From Candidatus Latescibacterota bacterium (lineage in GTDB: Bacteria; Latescibacterota; UBA2968; GCA-2709665), in NCBI GenBank assembly GCA_965248435.1, contig OZ252100.1:4800001-4864000 (forward strand): a DNA stretch of 64,000 nt, given 5' to 3'. A program made the translations under genes and the position numbers. The notes beneath the pieces were generated by a model, which saw only the letters and a program-made list of their open reading frames with translations, did not search any database and was not told the origin of the DNA. Below, in pieces: positions 40,532 to 50,876 of this stretch. Within the stretch, counting starts at the first letter, position 1. Each line of letters starts with the position of its first letter.

Positions 40532-40969
40532 TCAATCCTTGATGATTCCCTTATGAATCATTGGATTCCCGTCACTCCAAAGGACGCGCTGAACAATGGA
40601 CGCGATGCGCCAAGAGCCAGATATCTTCTTCACACCAAGAATATACAGGCAGTGGGTATTCAGCACTTCACCAGATGAGTCTCTTCGGTGTATAGCCATA
40701 GAGATTCGGGCGGTCCCAACTTCGCCATCAAGCTGTATTTCGTAGTTGCCTGCAAGATGATGAGTCTTTAGCTCCTGCAGTGCCTCACACCGGAGTTTAA
40801 CAAACTGCTCCGCAGTTAGGACTTCGGGGGGGGTTCCACGAAGATCCGAGTAGTCAGTATATATGGACTCGGATAGACAGGACTTCAGGTCATCCCAAGC
40901 CTTGATATCAAAGCAATTTGCGAATCGACTGATTAATCGATACACATGACTCTCATCTGATGAACTCAC
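40532..40969 (-). CDS. NTF2/SnoaL-like protein (cassette-like)
   Basis: D.KAWDDL, THHL, WRI motifs; follows attC-like site 2. Confidence 0.8.
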   Translation of the reverse strand: MSSSDESHVYRLISRFANCFDIKAWDDLKSCLSESIYTDYSDLRGTPPEVLTAEQFVKLRCEALQELKTHHLAGNYEIQLDGEVGTARISMAIHRRDSSGEVLNTHCLYILGVKKISGSWRIASIVQRVLWSDGNPMIHKGIIKD

Positions 40970-41029
40970 TCAAAGAACTCCTATCGAGACTGCGCCGCTT
41001 CTGTTTTGGGGGGGTTAGGCTGGCATTGC

Positions 41030-41115
41030 GCACAACGTTCTCGCCGTGCGCGAACTTGCCGCAGGCAAGTTAGGCGAAGGCCGGATGGGCTGAGCCGCGC
41101 ACGGTCGTGTTATAC
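41030..41115 (-). other. attC-like site 2
   Basis: Minus strand GTATAAC-acga-CCGTGCGCG...CGCGCACGG-cgagaac-GTTGTGC. Confidence 0.75.
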
Positions 41116-41149
41116 GCTTGCTGGTTCTGGTATCAATGCGGTGTCTGTA

Positions 41150-41857
41150 TCATTTTTCTTCAAGTATTTCAGCCTGAATTGTTTCCTCTTGAGCAGATCG
41201 CTTACCACGCGTGACTCTGTAAGCCTTCGCATTGAGTCGGGATGAGACGACTTTCTTGACCCTCTCTCCTTCGAAGTGAGCGGCTGCGCCGTCATCAAGT
41301 GCAATGCCTGGCAAAATCTTACCTTTCCAGACGAGTTGCTGATAGTAAGGGCGACGGTCGACCTCACTGTCGTAATGTGGGCAACTGCTCCCAGGAAGAA
41401 ATCCGAGACAGTCTAAAGGCAAAAGGGGTCCTTTAACAGAGTCCGTCACTCCCTGTTCGAACCAGCAAATCGCGCCCGCACTGATCCCCGCAAGGATGAC
41501 TCCACACTCCCAAGCTTCCCGAAGCATCTCATCCAATCCCCAGTCCCGCCAGACGGCAAGCATACTTCGAGTGTTCCCGCCTCCAACGTAGATAACGTCC
41601 TTTGCCAGCAGATAGGACTTCAGATCTGCCTCAGTCCTTCTGAAGAAGGTGAGATGTGAAGGCTGACAATCGAGTTGCGCGAAGGCAGTGTAGAATCTGG
41701 CAACATAGGTGTCAGCGTCCCCACTGGCGGTTGGGATGAAGCACACAGAGGGCTTCGTGGTGGAAACCTGGTTTAGAATGTACAAATCCAAAGCAGGTGT
41801 CTCCTCCATGGAAAAGCCCCCTCCGCCCAGTGCAATTATATGTTTCTGCTTACTCAT
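41150..41857 (-). CDS. pepE: Peptidase E (S51) family (cassette)
   Basis: FIPTASGD, YVGGGNT, GISAGA, CPHY. Confidence 0.9.
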   Translation of the reverse strand: MSKQKHIIALGGGGFSMEETPALDLYILNQVSTTKPSVCFIPTASGDADTYVARFYTAFAQLDCQPSHLTFFRRTEADLKSYLLAKDVIYVGGGNTRSMLAVWRDWGLDEMLREAWECGVILAGISAGAICWFEQGVTDSVKGPLLPLDCLGFLPGSSCPHYDSEVDRRPYYQQLVWKGKILPGIALDDGAAAHFEGERVKKVVSSRLNAKAYRVTRGKRSAQEETIQAEILEEK

Positions 41858-41926
41858 CGTTGTTTACTGACCCTCCAATAGGCCACCGACTATTTCATAG
41901 GAACGATTACCCCAGAACCAGCTTGC

Positions 41927-42001
41927 GTATAACGATTAAGCGTGTATCCGGAGTCGGAGAAGCGTGGACGGGAGCGGGATTCCGGATACACGGTGTTGAA
42001 C
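41927..42001 (-). other. attC-like site 1, overlapping the element's left end
   Basis: Minus strand GTTCAAC-ac-CGTGTATCCGGA...TCCGGATACACG-cttaatc-GTTATAC. Confidence 0.75.
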
Positions 42002-42206
42002 GAAGCCGCTTCACCTGCCTATGGGGATTGGATGAGTGATTCTTGTGTAAGGACCGCTGGGCTGGCCCAGTCATCGGACCGTATTTGAAGCTGTTTGGAG
42101 GGGCCGATGTCGCAGGATCCCATAGTCGCTCTACCAAGCTCAAAGAGTGGACAGACTACTGCCGTGTTGGGTGGTTGGGCTTGCGGGCAAGGGATGGTGT
42201 AGGAGC

Positions 42207-43391
42207 TCAAGCTACGGCAACATGTGCCGGAGGCGCTCGCAGAGGCGCGAGGGTTCCGACTGTGAGCATAGGGCCTCCGCACTGCGCACAGACCTGAAGA
42301 TCGATGCCTGTTACCCGGAACAGAAGGTCCTGCCAGGTCGCCTTTGTGGCTGCGGAAGCCGTCGTGCATACAGTGCCCAGGAGCCTACGGCATCGTGCGA
42401 GCTTTTTCCGGCGACCCCGATTGCTGAGCAGTCCGTAGTGCCGGATCTTCACGAAGCCATCCGGCAGGATGTGAAGCAGGAACCGCCGGATGAACTCGTA
42501 GGCATCGACGGTCATCAGCTTCCGTCGGTTGCCGGCCTGGCGGTCCCGGTAGTGGAATGAGACCCGGTCGCCCTCACAGGCGACCAGCCGGTGGTTGGAG
42601 ATGGCGATCCGGTGCGTGTATCGTCCCAGATAGGCCACGATGCGTTCTGGACCCGCAAAAGTCGGCTTGACGTAAACGGTCCATTCCCTCTGGTAAAGAC
42701 CCCGAAGCAGATCGAAGAACGCATCTTCCAGTGGAGCACTCAATCCCGGGAACGCCAGAAGGCCTTCCTGGTGCGCGTCCTTCAGGAACGCAAGGAACTT
42801 CCCCCGGAACAGTCGGGACAGAACTTTTACGGGTAGAAAGAAGCCCCGTCGCGCCGCCTTCCATTCCTGACCGTCGTGGGTCAGCCCACCTCCAGTTACG
42901 ATACAGTGCAGATGCGGGTGGTCGATGAGTGTCTGAGACCACGTATGAAGCACGGCGGTAAAGCCGATCTGCGCTCCAAGATACTTCCGTTCCCGCGCCA
43001 GCTCCAGAAGACTCTGCGATGCGGCTTTAAACACCAGGTTGTAGATCAGCTTCTGGTTCCGCAGAGCAAGCGGCCGCAGGGGCTCGGGCAACGTGAAGAC
43101 GACGTGGAAGTATGGGATCGGAAGGAGATCCTCTTTACGAGCGTCGATCCATCGTTCGGTCGTCAGGAACTGGCACTTCGTACAGTGCCGGTTGCGGCAG
43201 GAGTTGTAGGCGATCCGCTTCGTTCCGCACTGCCCGCACACTTCCACGTGTCCGCCCAGCGCAGCTGTTCGGCAGATCTGGATGGCTCGCATGGCCCGCT
43301 TCTGCCGAAGCGGCATGTGATCACCGTAGTGTGCTTGATACCCATCTCCGTGGACTCGGAAGATGTCGGCGACTTCGAGAGGCTGTGACAT
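42207..43391 (-). CDS. IS91-family (Y2/HUH) transposase
   Basis: Zn-binding CGQCG..YNSCRNRHCTKC; HPHLH (HUH); YLGRY (YxxxY); FIRRFLLHILP..KIRHYG. Confidence 0.93.
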   Translation of the reverse strand: MSQPLEVADIFRVHGDGYQAHYGDHMPLRQKRAMRAIQICRTAALGGHVEVCGQCGTKRIAYNSCRNRHCTKCQFLTTERWIDARKEDLLPIPYFHVVFTLPEPLRPLALRNQKLIYNLVFKAASQSLLELARERKYLGAQIGFTAVLHTWSQTLIDHPHLHCIVTGGGLTHDGQEWKAARRGFFLPVKVLSRLFRGKFLAFLKDAHQEGLLAFPGLSAPLEDAFFDLLRGLYQREWTVYVKPTFAGPERIVAYLGRYTHRIAISNHRLVACEGDRVSFHYRDRQAGNRRKLMTVDAYEFIRRFLLHILPDGFVKIRHYGLLSNRGRRKKLARCRRLLGTVCTTASAATKATWQDLLFRVTGIDLQVCAQCGGPMLTVGTLAPLRAPPAHVAVA

Positions 43392-43403
43392 GGCCAACCT
43401 CCG

Positions 43404-44255
43404 CTACAAGGTCGGCTTGTCTTCATCTCCCAAAAGGTCCAGGGGGCTTCTGATACGCGTGAGATCGCGAGTGGTGACGTGGAGGTAGACGGTGGTGGTT
43501 CGCAGGCTCGTGTGACCCAACAGTTGTTGGACGAAACGGACGTCCACTCCGTTGTCCAGAAGATGTGTGGCGAAGCTGTGACGCAGAGAATGGACACTCG
43601 CACGCTTTTGTATCTCGGCGCGTCGGCAGGCCTGCTCGAAGACTTTCTGGACACTGCGGGCGTGGAGCGGTGCATCCGGTCTTTCGCCAGGGAACAGCCA
43701 ATCGCGAGGCTGGTAGCTGCGCCAGTAGACGCGGAGTGCCTTTAACGCCTCCTGGGCCAGAAGCGTCTCTCGCTCTTTTTGGCCTTTGCCCCGCACACGG
43801 ATCAGCATCCGGTCACTGTCGATATCGGAAAGCTTTAGCCCGATGGCCTCACTCAGTCTGAGCCCGCCAGAGTAAATGACCATCAGCAGCGTACGGTGTT
43901 TCAGGTTGTTGGTCCTGTCGATCAGCCGCTGCACTTCCTCTGTGGAGAGTACCACCGGGAGCTTCTTTGCCTTCTTCGCACGAGGGATGCCCCACTCGAC
44001 CCAGTCACGCTTCAACGTCGTTTGGAACAGAAACTTCAGTCCGCTGTATACCTGGTTGACATAGCTTTGGGACAGCTTCCGCTCAGTGATCAGATAGTGC
44101 AGATAGGCGCGGATCTCTTCTTCGCTGAGCCGGTCGGGCGGTGTCTTGCAGTAACGACACAGCCCGGCCACTCCGCTCACGTACGCCTTCTGCGTATCCG
44201 GATCTAAACCTTTCAACTGCATGTCCCGGATCATTCGCTTCCGATGCTTGGTCAT
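43404..44255 (-). CDS. Tyrosine recombinase with N-terminal SAM-like domain (not IntI)
   Basis: GLRLSE, KGQKER, HSLRHSFATH, LGH, TTTVY; lacks the IntI-specific insertion before WLFP. Confidence 0.93.
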   Translation of the reverse strand: MTKHRKRMIRDMQLKGLDPDTQKAYVSGVAGLCRYCKTPPDRLSEEEIRAYLHYLITERKLSQSYVNQVYSGLKFLFQTTLKRDWVEWGIPRAKKAKKLPVVLSTEEVQRLIDRTNNLKHRTLLMVIYSGGLRLSEAIGLKLSDIDSDRMLIRVRGKGQKERETLLAQEALKALRVYWRSYQPRDWLFPGERPDAPLHARSVQKVFEQACRRAEIQKRASVHSLRHSFATHLLDNGVDVRFVQQLLGHTSLRTTTVYLHVTTRDLTRIRSPLDLLGDEDKPTL

Positions 44256-44560
44256 GGCTCTCTCCTTCTGCTGATGGTGGACGTTGTTAGCAGAAGGAGG
44301 ATGCGAAGCACAGAGCCATTTGCAAAGTGGCTCCGGACTTGCACGGTATCATATCCTGGTTGTCAAAGAGCAAAGGCCTTGCAGCAGGCCACCGCGAAGC
44401 GGTTTAGTTCAACTTCTGCATTCGCGCACCATGTGCGCAGATTCCACCTGTAGGGCAGATAGAATGCCCTGCCTGAATCCTGCTAATAATATAGAGAATG
44501 CGTATTGGTTCGTGAACCCAATTCATAATGCGTATGTGTTCTTCCAGATCCAAGAAGCAT

Positions 44561-44595
44561 AAAAAAAGAGGGCGCAACGTTTTCGTTGCGCCCTC
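44561..44595 (-). terminator. Intrinsic terminator of the ECF/Spy operon
   Basis: GAGGGCGCAACG-aaaa-CGTTGCGCCCTC followed by T7. Confidence 0.85.
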
Positions 44596-44624
44596 GCGTT
44601 TCAAAAGATCTGTGTCGCCAGTCG

Positions 44625-45605
44625 TTACTCGGTCGCGGCCCCTCCGTCGAAGCGTCTCTTGAAGTTCGCCTTCAACTCCTCAAGCAGGGCCTTCTGTTCC
44701 TCCGTGAGAAGGCCGCTGATCATTTCCTGGAACTCGTTGCGCAGCGCCTGGACCTGCTCACGCACGGTTCCACGCTCGGCTCCGGCGGCGCGCGCCTCTT
44801 CGATGAGCGCCTTCACCGCAGCCTGCCGATTTTCTTTCAACGCAGTCATCTGCTCCTGCTGATCGGCCGTGAGCCCGAGCTTTTCGGAGATGTCGCCCGC
44901 ACCCCGGGCCCGCTTACCTCTTTTTCCACGTGCGCGGTCATGACGGGCTGATTTCATTTCTTCGAACAGGGCCTTCTGCTCGTCATTCAAGATGCCCAGG
45001 ATCTCTTCGTGAAGCTGATCACCAAGGGCCTGCTTCTGCTCCCTGAAGCTCTCCCGATCGGAGCCTGCTGCCTTCGCCTCTTCGATCAGCGCCTTTATGG
45101 CAGCACCGTGCTCTTCTCGAATGGCCGTGATTGCCTCCTGCTGCTCGCCCGTGAGCCCAAGCCTTTCAGCGAAGTCGCCCGAGCCGCCGGCCCGTTTCCC
45201 TCGCCTCCCGTGTGGGCGGGACTGGCGAGCGGCTTTCAGCTCTTCGAACAGCGCCTTCTGCTCGTCGTTCAGGACAGAAGCGATCCGTTCGTGGAACTGT
45301 TCGCTTAGCGCCCGCTTCTGCTCCCGGAACGTCGCCCGATCGGAACCCGAAGCCTTCGCCTCTTCGATCAGGGCCTTGATGGCGGCCCTCTGCTCCTCCC
45401 GTATGGCGGTGATCGCTTCCTCCTGGTCCTGGGTCAAGCCCAGCTTCTCGGCCAGGCTGCCGCCCGCGGATGTGAAGGCTGCATCCGATTCGCCCGCCAG
45501 CTTTTGAGCCTGTGTGGCCAGGCTGGACGTTGCCGTCTCATTACCGCACCCATATACCCCGATGCCGATCATCAGCAGGGATAGGAAAATCGCTTTGGCT
45601 TTCAT
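44625..45605 (-). CDS. Lipoprotein with three tandem Spy/CpxP-like (LTxxQ) repeats
   Basis: Lipobox-like VYGC; three KLGLTxxQ...L(N/T)xEQKAL repeats. Confidence 0.8.
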   Translation of the reverse strand: MKAKAIFLSLLMIGIGVYGCGNETATSSLATQAQKLAGESDAAFTSAGGSLAEKLGLTQDQEEAITAIREEQRAAIKALIEEAKASGSDRATFREQKRALSEQFHERIASVLNDEQKALFEELKAARQSRPHGRRGKRAGGSGDFAERLGLTGEQQEAITAIREEHGAAIKALIEEAKAAGSDRESFREQKQALGDQLHEEILGILNDEQKALFEEMKSARHDRARGKRGKRARGAGDISEKLGLTADQQEQMTALKENRQAAVKALIEEARAAGAERGTVREQVQALRNEFQEMISGLLTEEQKALLEELKANFKRRFDGGAATE

Positions 45606-45628
45606 GTCGTTCCTCCTTCGCAAAAAGT

Positions 45629-46156
45629 TTACATCTTATCCAAAGGTTCGGTTTCAGCCGCACCGAGATCGGTGTCACCCGGCTGGAACCATCCTCTGTG
45701 TCTTTGTTGTGGCCCCCCACGATGATCGGGTCCGGGACCCCTCATCCGGTGACCTCTCCGATTCATATGCCTGAGCTTTTCCAGCTGCTCCTTCGAAAGG
45801 ATCTTCTTCAGGCTCAGCCTGTGGTCGACCCGGCTTTCGAGCATCTTCGAGCGCGCGCCGTTAACCTGGGCCACCCTTTTCTTCACTTCGGCCCGGTTGG
45901 GATCGGCCGGTTTCATAGACGCGCGCAGGTCGATGCGGGCGACCTGAAGATCCGCTCTGAGGCGAGCCATCTCTTTGGCCCGGGAAAGATGTATATCCTC
46001 CAACTTCCCACGCTGTGCCTCTGTCAGGTCCAGGGCTTCCCAGGCGGGTCCCCCGTGGCCGGAACGCCCACGTTTCTTTCCGTGATCCGCCTCTGCTGCA
46101 GCCGAGATCAGGACCACCGATGCAATTATGGCTGTGATTAAATTCTTGGACATCAT
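45629..46156 (-). CDS. Spy/CpxP/ZraP-like periplasmic protein
   Basis: Signal peptide; LDLTEAQ ... ILSKEQ. Confidence 0.8.
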   Translation of the reverse strand: MMSKNLITAIIASVVLISAAAEADHGKKRGRSGHGGPAWEALDLTEAQRGKLEDIHLSRAKEMARLRADLQVARIDLRASMKPADPNRAEVKKRVAQVNGARSKMLESRVDHRLSLKKILSKEQLEKLRHMNRRGHRMRGPGPDHRGGPQQRHRGWFQPGDTDLGAAETEPLDKM

Positions 46157-46191
46157 AACGATGCTTCCTTTCCGCTTTTGACTGACGATTT

Positions 46192-46641
46192 TCACCATTT
46201 CCATCCACCTCTCTTTCTCCCTCCGCGTTCGCCCATTTTGCCTCTCATCTTATCCATCCTGCTCGTCATCTTGTCGAACTTCTCCTTCTGCTCCGGAGTC
46301 AGGACCTCTCTGATCTTGGACCTCGTATCGTTCGAAAGCGTGTCCATTTTCCCGCGGACCGCACGCTGAATGTTGTGTGCGCCTTCGCGGCTTTCATCCA
46401 GGATCCGCCGGATCTCCTGCTGCTGGTCTTCGGTCAGGTCCAGCCCTCGAATAAACCGGTGAACCAGCCGGTCACCAACCGGGCGCCCGGGGAACGGCCT
46501 GTCCGCGTATGGAGGCATAAAATGTGGCATGCCCCGGCGGATCAGCACCCATCGCTCGATCGTGGCGCCAACCACGATGCCGAGCAGAAAGATGCCCAGC
46601 CCCAGCAGAACCGCCTTGGTGCGTGAAGATAGGGAGATCAT
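46192..46641 (-). CDS. Membrane-anchored Spy/CpxP-like protein
   Basis: N-terminal TM; LDLTEDQ ... VLTPEQ. Confidence 0.8.
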   Translation of the reverse strand: MISLSSRTKAVLLGLGIFLLGIVVGATIERWVLIRRGMPHFMPPYADRPFPGRPVGDRLVHRFIRGLDLTEDQQQEIRRILDESREGAHNIQRAVRGKMDTLSNDTRSKIREVLTPEQKEKFDKMTSRMDKMRGKMGERGGRKRGGWKW

Positions 46642-47120
46642 CGGTCACCTCGGTTCGTTCCGGACTCGATCGCGGAGCCCGACAAGAAAAGAATATCGTC
46701 TCGTGAGAGCTCATCTTCGCTCAGAACCACGATCTCGAGGCCCTGCGGATCCCACTGGGCCTCCAGGAAGTCTTCAACAGTGACCTGGGCATCGCTGCCG
46801 TTGGGCGCGGGCAGCAAGACGAACAGGATGACCGCGGCGGCGGCCAGCAGCGGAACGAGGCGCCTGCCTGCCCACTCGAACTGATCCCAGAGGGGAAAGG
46901 TCTTTTCCTTCTGGATGCGTTCCTCCAGACCCTCCCAGAGACCGGGTGCAGGCTCTTCAGGTCTGCTGCCGATCAGTTGCTGGATCCGTTCGAGGTAGGC
47001 CAGTTCCTCTCTGCAGGACTGGCAGTGAGGAAGGTGATCCTCTATCCGACGCATCTCCACCTCGGAGAGATTCTCATCCACGTAGGCCGGAAGCAGGTCG
47101 TTGACGTGGGTTTCGTTCAT
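46638..47120 (-). CDS. zf-HC2 anti-sigma factor
   Basis: HLPHCQSC (HxxxCxxC) plus a single TM. Confidence 0.88.
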   Translation of the reverse strand: MNETHVNDLLPAYVDENLSEVEMRRIEDHLPHCQSCREELAYLERIQQLIGSRPEEPAPGLWEGLEERIQKEKTFPLWDQFEWAGRRLVPLLAAAAVILFVLLPAPNGSDAQVTVEDFLEAQWDPQGLEIVVLSEDELSRDDILFLSGSAIESGTNRGDR

Positions 47121-47707
47121 GCCGATTCCCTCCCCATCCATTCGTTGTAAATTGGTCGAAGCACGTCTCTCATCTCCGCGCGTGCGCGGGAAAGCCTGGA
47201 CTTAACGGTGCCGACAGAACACCCCATCGTTTCCGAAATCTCTTCCTGCGACAGCCCCTCGATGTCTTTGAGGACGACCACCGTCCGATGGTCCGGCGAA
47301 AGGGTGTTGAGAACGCCCTGGATGATTCGGCTCAACTCTTCTCGCTCCACCTCGCCACCAGGAGCCTCTGAGTCGAACAGGTATTCAGGGACGATATCTC
47401 TCGACCCGGTCATCGTGTCCAGCGAATCCATTTCGACTCCTCGGTTCTCTTTACGAGCGATGTCAAGACAGACGTTCAAGGATACGCGGTAGAGCCAGGT
47501 GTAGAAGGTGGACTTTCCTCGGAATTGGGAAAGGGCCTGATAAGCCTTCAGGAACGCTTCCTGCGCCGCATCCCGGGCGAGTTCGCGGTCTCCGATGATC
47601 GAGCAGGCCAGCGTGTAGATCCTCGCCTCGTAGCGCTCCACGAGGGCCCGGAAGGCCTGGTGATCTCCCTCTTGACTTCGCTTGACGAGCTCCAGCTCTG
47701 CGTCCAT
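47117..47707 (-). CDS. ECF sigma-70 factor
   Basis: DAAQEAF, FYTWLYR, GTVKSRLSRAR. Confidence 0.93.
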   Translation of the reverse strand: MDAELELVKRSQEGDHQAFRALVERYEARIYTLACSIIGDRELARDAAQEAFLKAYQALSQFRGKSTFYTWLYRVSLNVCLDIARKENRGVEMDSLDTMTGSRDIVPEYLFDSEAPGGEVEREELSRIIQGVLNTLSPDHRTVVVLKDIEGLSQEEISETMGCSVGTVKSRLSRARAEMRDVLRPIYNEWMGRESA

Positions 47708-47815
47708 TCAGGCTCCCGGAGGCGAATTCCACGTTCGCTGCACCCGGAAAATGAGGCTAACTTACTCACCACAACAAACTTAGAAGCAGCGACCAGGCCT
47801 GTCCGTTCTATAAGA

Positions 47816-47844
47816 TTAGACGGAGGGCGCGGGTATTCCGTTCC
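47816..47844 (-). promoter_or_regulatory. Putative autoregulatory ECF promoter
   Basis: GGAAC-N17-CGTCTAA about 110 nt upstream of the sigma start. Confidence 0.55.
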
Positions 47845-47854
47845 ATCCGGACAG

Positions 47855-47884
47855 AAAAAAGGGTGCCCAATTTCGGCACCCTTT
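47855..47884 (-). terminator. ilvB terminator
   Basis: AAAGGGTGCC-gaaattg-GGCACCCTTTTTT. Confidence 0.8.
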
Positions 47885-47904
47885 CAACACCGCGCTACCT
47901 GAGT

Positions 47905-49686
<1,782 letters not shown>

Positions 49687-49716
49687 CTGCCTTACCTCCC
49701 TTGCGGAACTGCCATC

Positions 49717-49894
49717 AAAAAACCCGCTACCGAATCCAGTCGGCGGCGGGTTCAAGAACCTGTTTAAGCAGATCGTCCTAGAGACAATCTCGCCAACGAA
49801 TCCCGGTGTCTACACCGACGAGGTCACTTACTACGCCGACTACAGCATACAGGCGGAGTGTCTCAAGGGAGAATCTGGGGAAAAGGGGTTTCAA
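49717..49894 (-). promoter_or_regulatory. Putative ilvB transcription attenuator (Val-rich leader plus terminator)
   Basis: Leader ORF 49894-49778 ...LYAVVGVVSDLVGV...; terminator AACCCGC..GCGGGTTTTTT at 49753-49717. Confidence 0.6.
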
Positions 49895-49964
49895 GCGCTG
49901 ATTCCTAAGCAGATTAACGTGGATTCTCTTGTCGGAGAATAAAATAAAGCAAAGAGCCCCAAAG

Positions 49965-50756
49965 TCAAGCCTTTTCTGCGGTCTTTGAGGCTGAGTTTGT
50001 GTCTCGCTCCAGGTCCTGGATCTGATCTCTGATCGAGGCGGCCTTCTCGAATTCCTCCTGTTCGATGGCCTCTGTAAGATCTTTTTTGAGCTTTTCTGAG
50101 ATGCTGAGCGGGCCCTTCTCTGATATTCCCTGGATGAGTTCCTCGAGGGCCTTCATCGATCGGCTCTTCTCAGCGTGAAACTCTTCAAAATCGATCTCTT
50201 CAAGATTATCGATCCTTTTTCGGGCTTCTTTAGCGATATTCAGTGCAAAGTCGAAATCCTTGTCTCGAGTGGCGAGCGTGGCTCTGGCAACGGCGTGGAT
50301 TCTAATGATGTAAGGCCACCACCGCTCGAGGTTCGCCCTGTCCTCCTCCTCGTCTGCATACCGGTTCACGAAACGGAACAGTTCCATGTTCCTTTCCGTA
50401 TCGCGAACGACCCTCTCATACTCCTCCACCTGAAGGAGGAACACGTAACGCTCATATATCGTGCGACCTTCATCGAATATCTCTTCACACGCTTCCGGAT
50501 TCAGACCGAAACCTTCATCCGAGCCCCGATCCTTCCTGTGTGTTTCAAGGGTATCCTTGAAGTGATCCAGGGCGAATGCCTTATTGTAGGGTCTTTTTCC
50601 ATCGGGCCTTCCGTCCAGTTCCATCTGTAGAACGCCCTGGAAGGGGCCTTGATCGACCCTGACCTGTATCTTTTCCACACCATCCGCGTCAACCACCTTT
50701 CGGACGCTGTCTTTCGGGTCATATGGCCAGTCGTTCAGAAGCTTGGTAATGTCCAT
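49965..50756 (-). CDS. Conserved protein with C-terminal UvrB/UvrC (UVR) motif
   Basis: QMELDGRPDG; AIEQEEFEKAASIRDQI. Confidence 0.8.
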   Translation of the reverse strand: MDITKLLNDWPYDPKDSVRKVVDADGVEKIQVRVDQGPFQGVLQMELDGRPDGKRPYNKAFALDHFKDTLETHRKDRGSDEGFGLNPEACEEIFDEGRTIYERYVFLLQVEEYERVVRDTERNMELFRFVNRYADEEEDRANLERWWPYIIRIHAVARATLATRDKDFDFALNIAKEARKRIDNLEEIDFEEFHAEKSRSMKALEELIQGISEKGPLSISEKLKKDLTEAIEQEEFEKAASIRDQIQDLERDTNSASKTAEKA

Positions 50757-50876
50757 TCTCGAATGGCTCCAGGTGCCAGAGACAAATAGATAGACTCCGT
50801 TATCGCAAAAAATCTAAAGCACTTTTTTCGCGAACGCAAGCGGAAACAGGCTGTGATTTAAACGGAGCTTAGTCTT

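Larger units (their letters stand above)
41995..44413 (-). mobile_element. IS91-family element carrying a tyrosine recombinase and a Y2 transposase
   Basis: Inverted ends GAAGCGGCTTCGTTCAAC (41995-42012, - strand) and GAAGCGGTTTAGTTCAAC (44396-44413, + strand), 16/18 identical. Confidence 0.85.

Noticed and set aside
43404-44255. Integron integrase IntI
   Set aside because: Lacks the IntI-specific insertion between the KG..R and WxFP motifs; it is coupled to an IS91-type transposase and co-oriented with the cassettes
44414-44470. Complete attC-like site at the element's right end
   Set aside because: Only a short GCGCAC/GTGCGC hairpin; no matching partner box at the expected spacing
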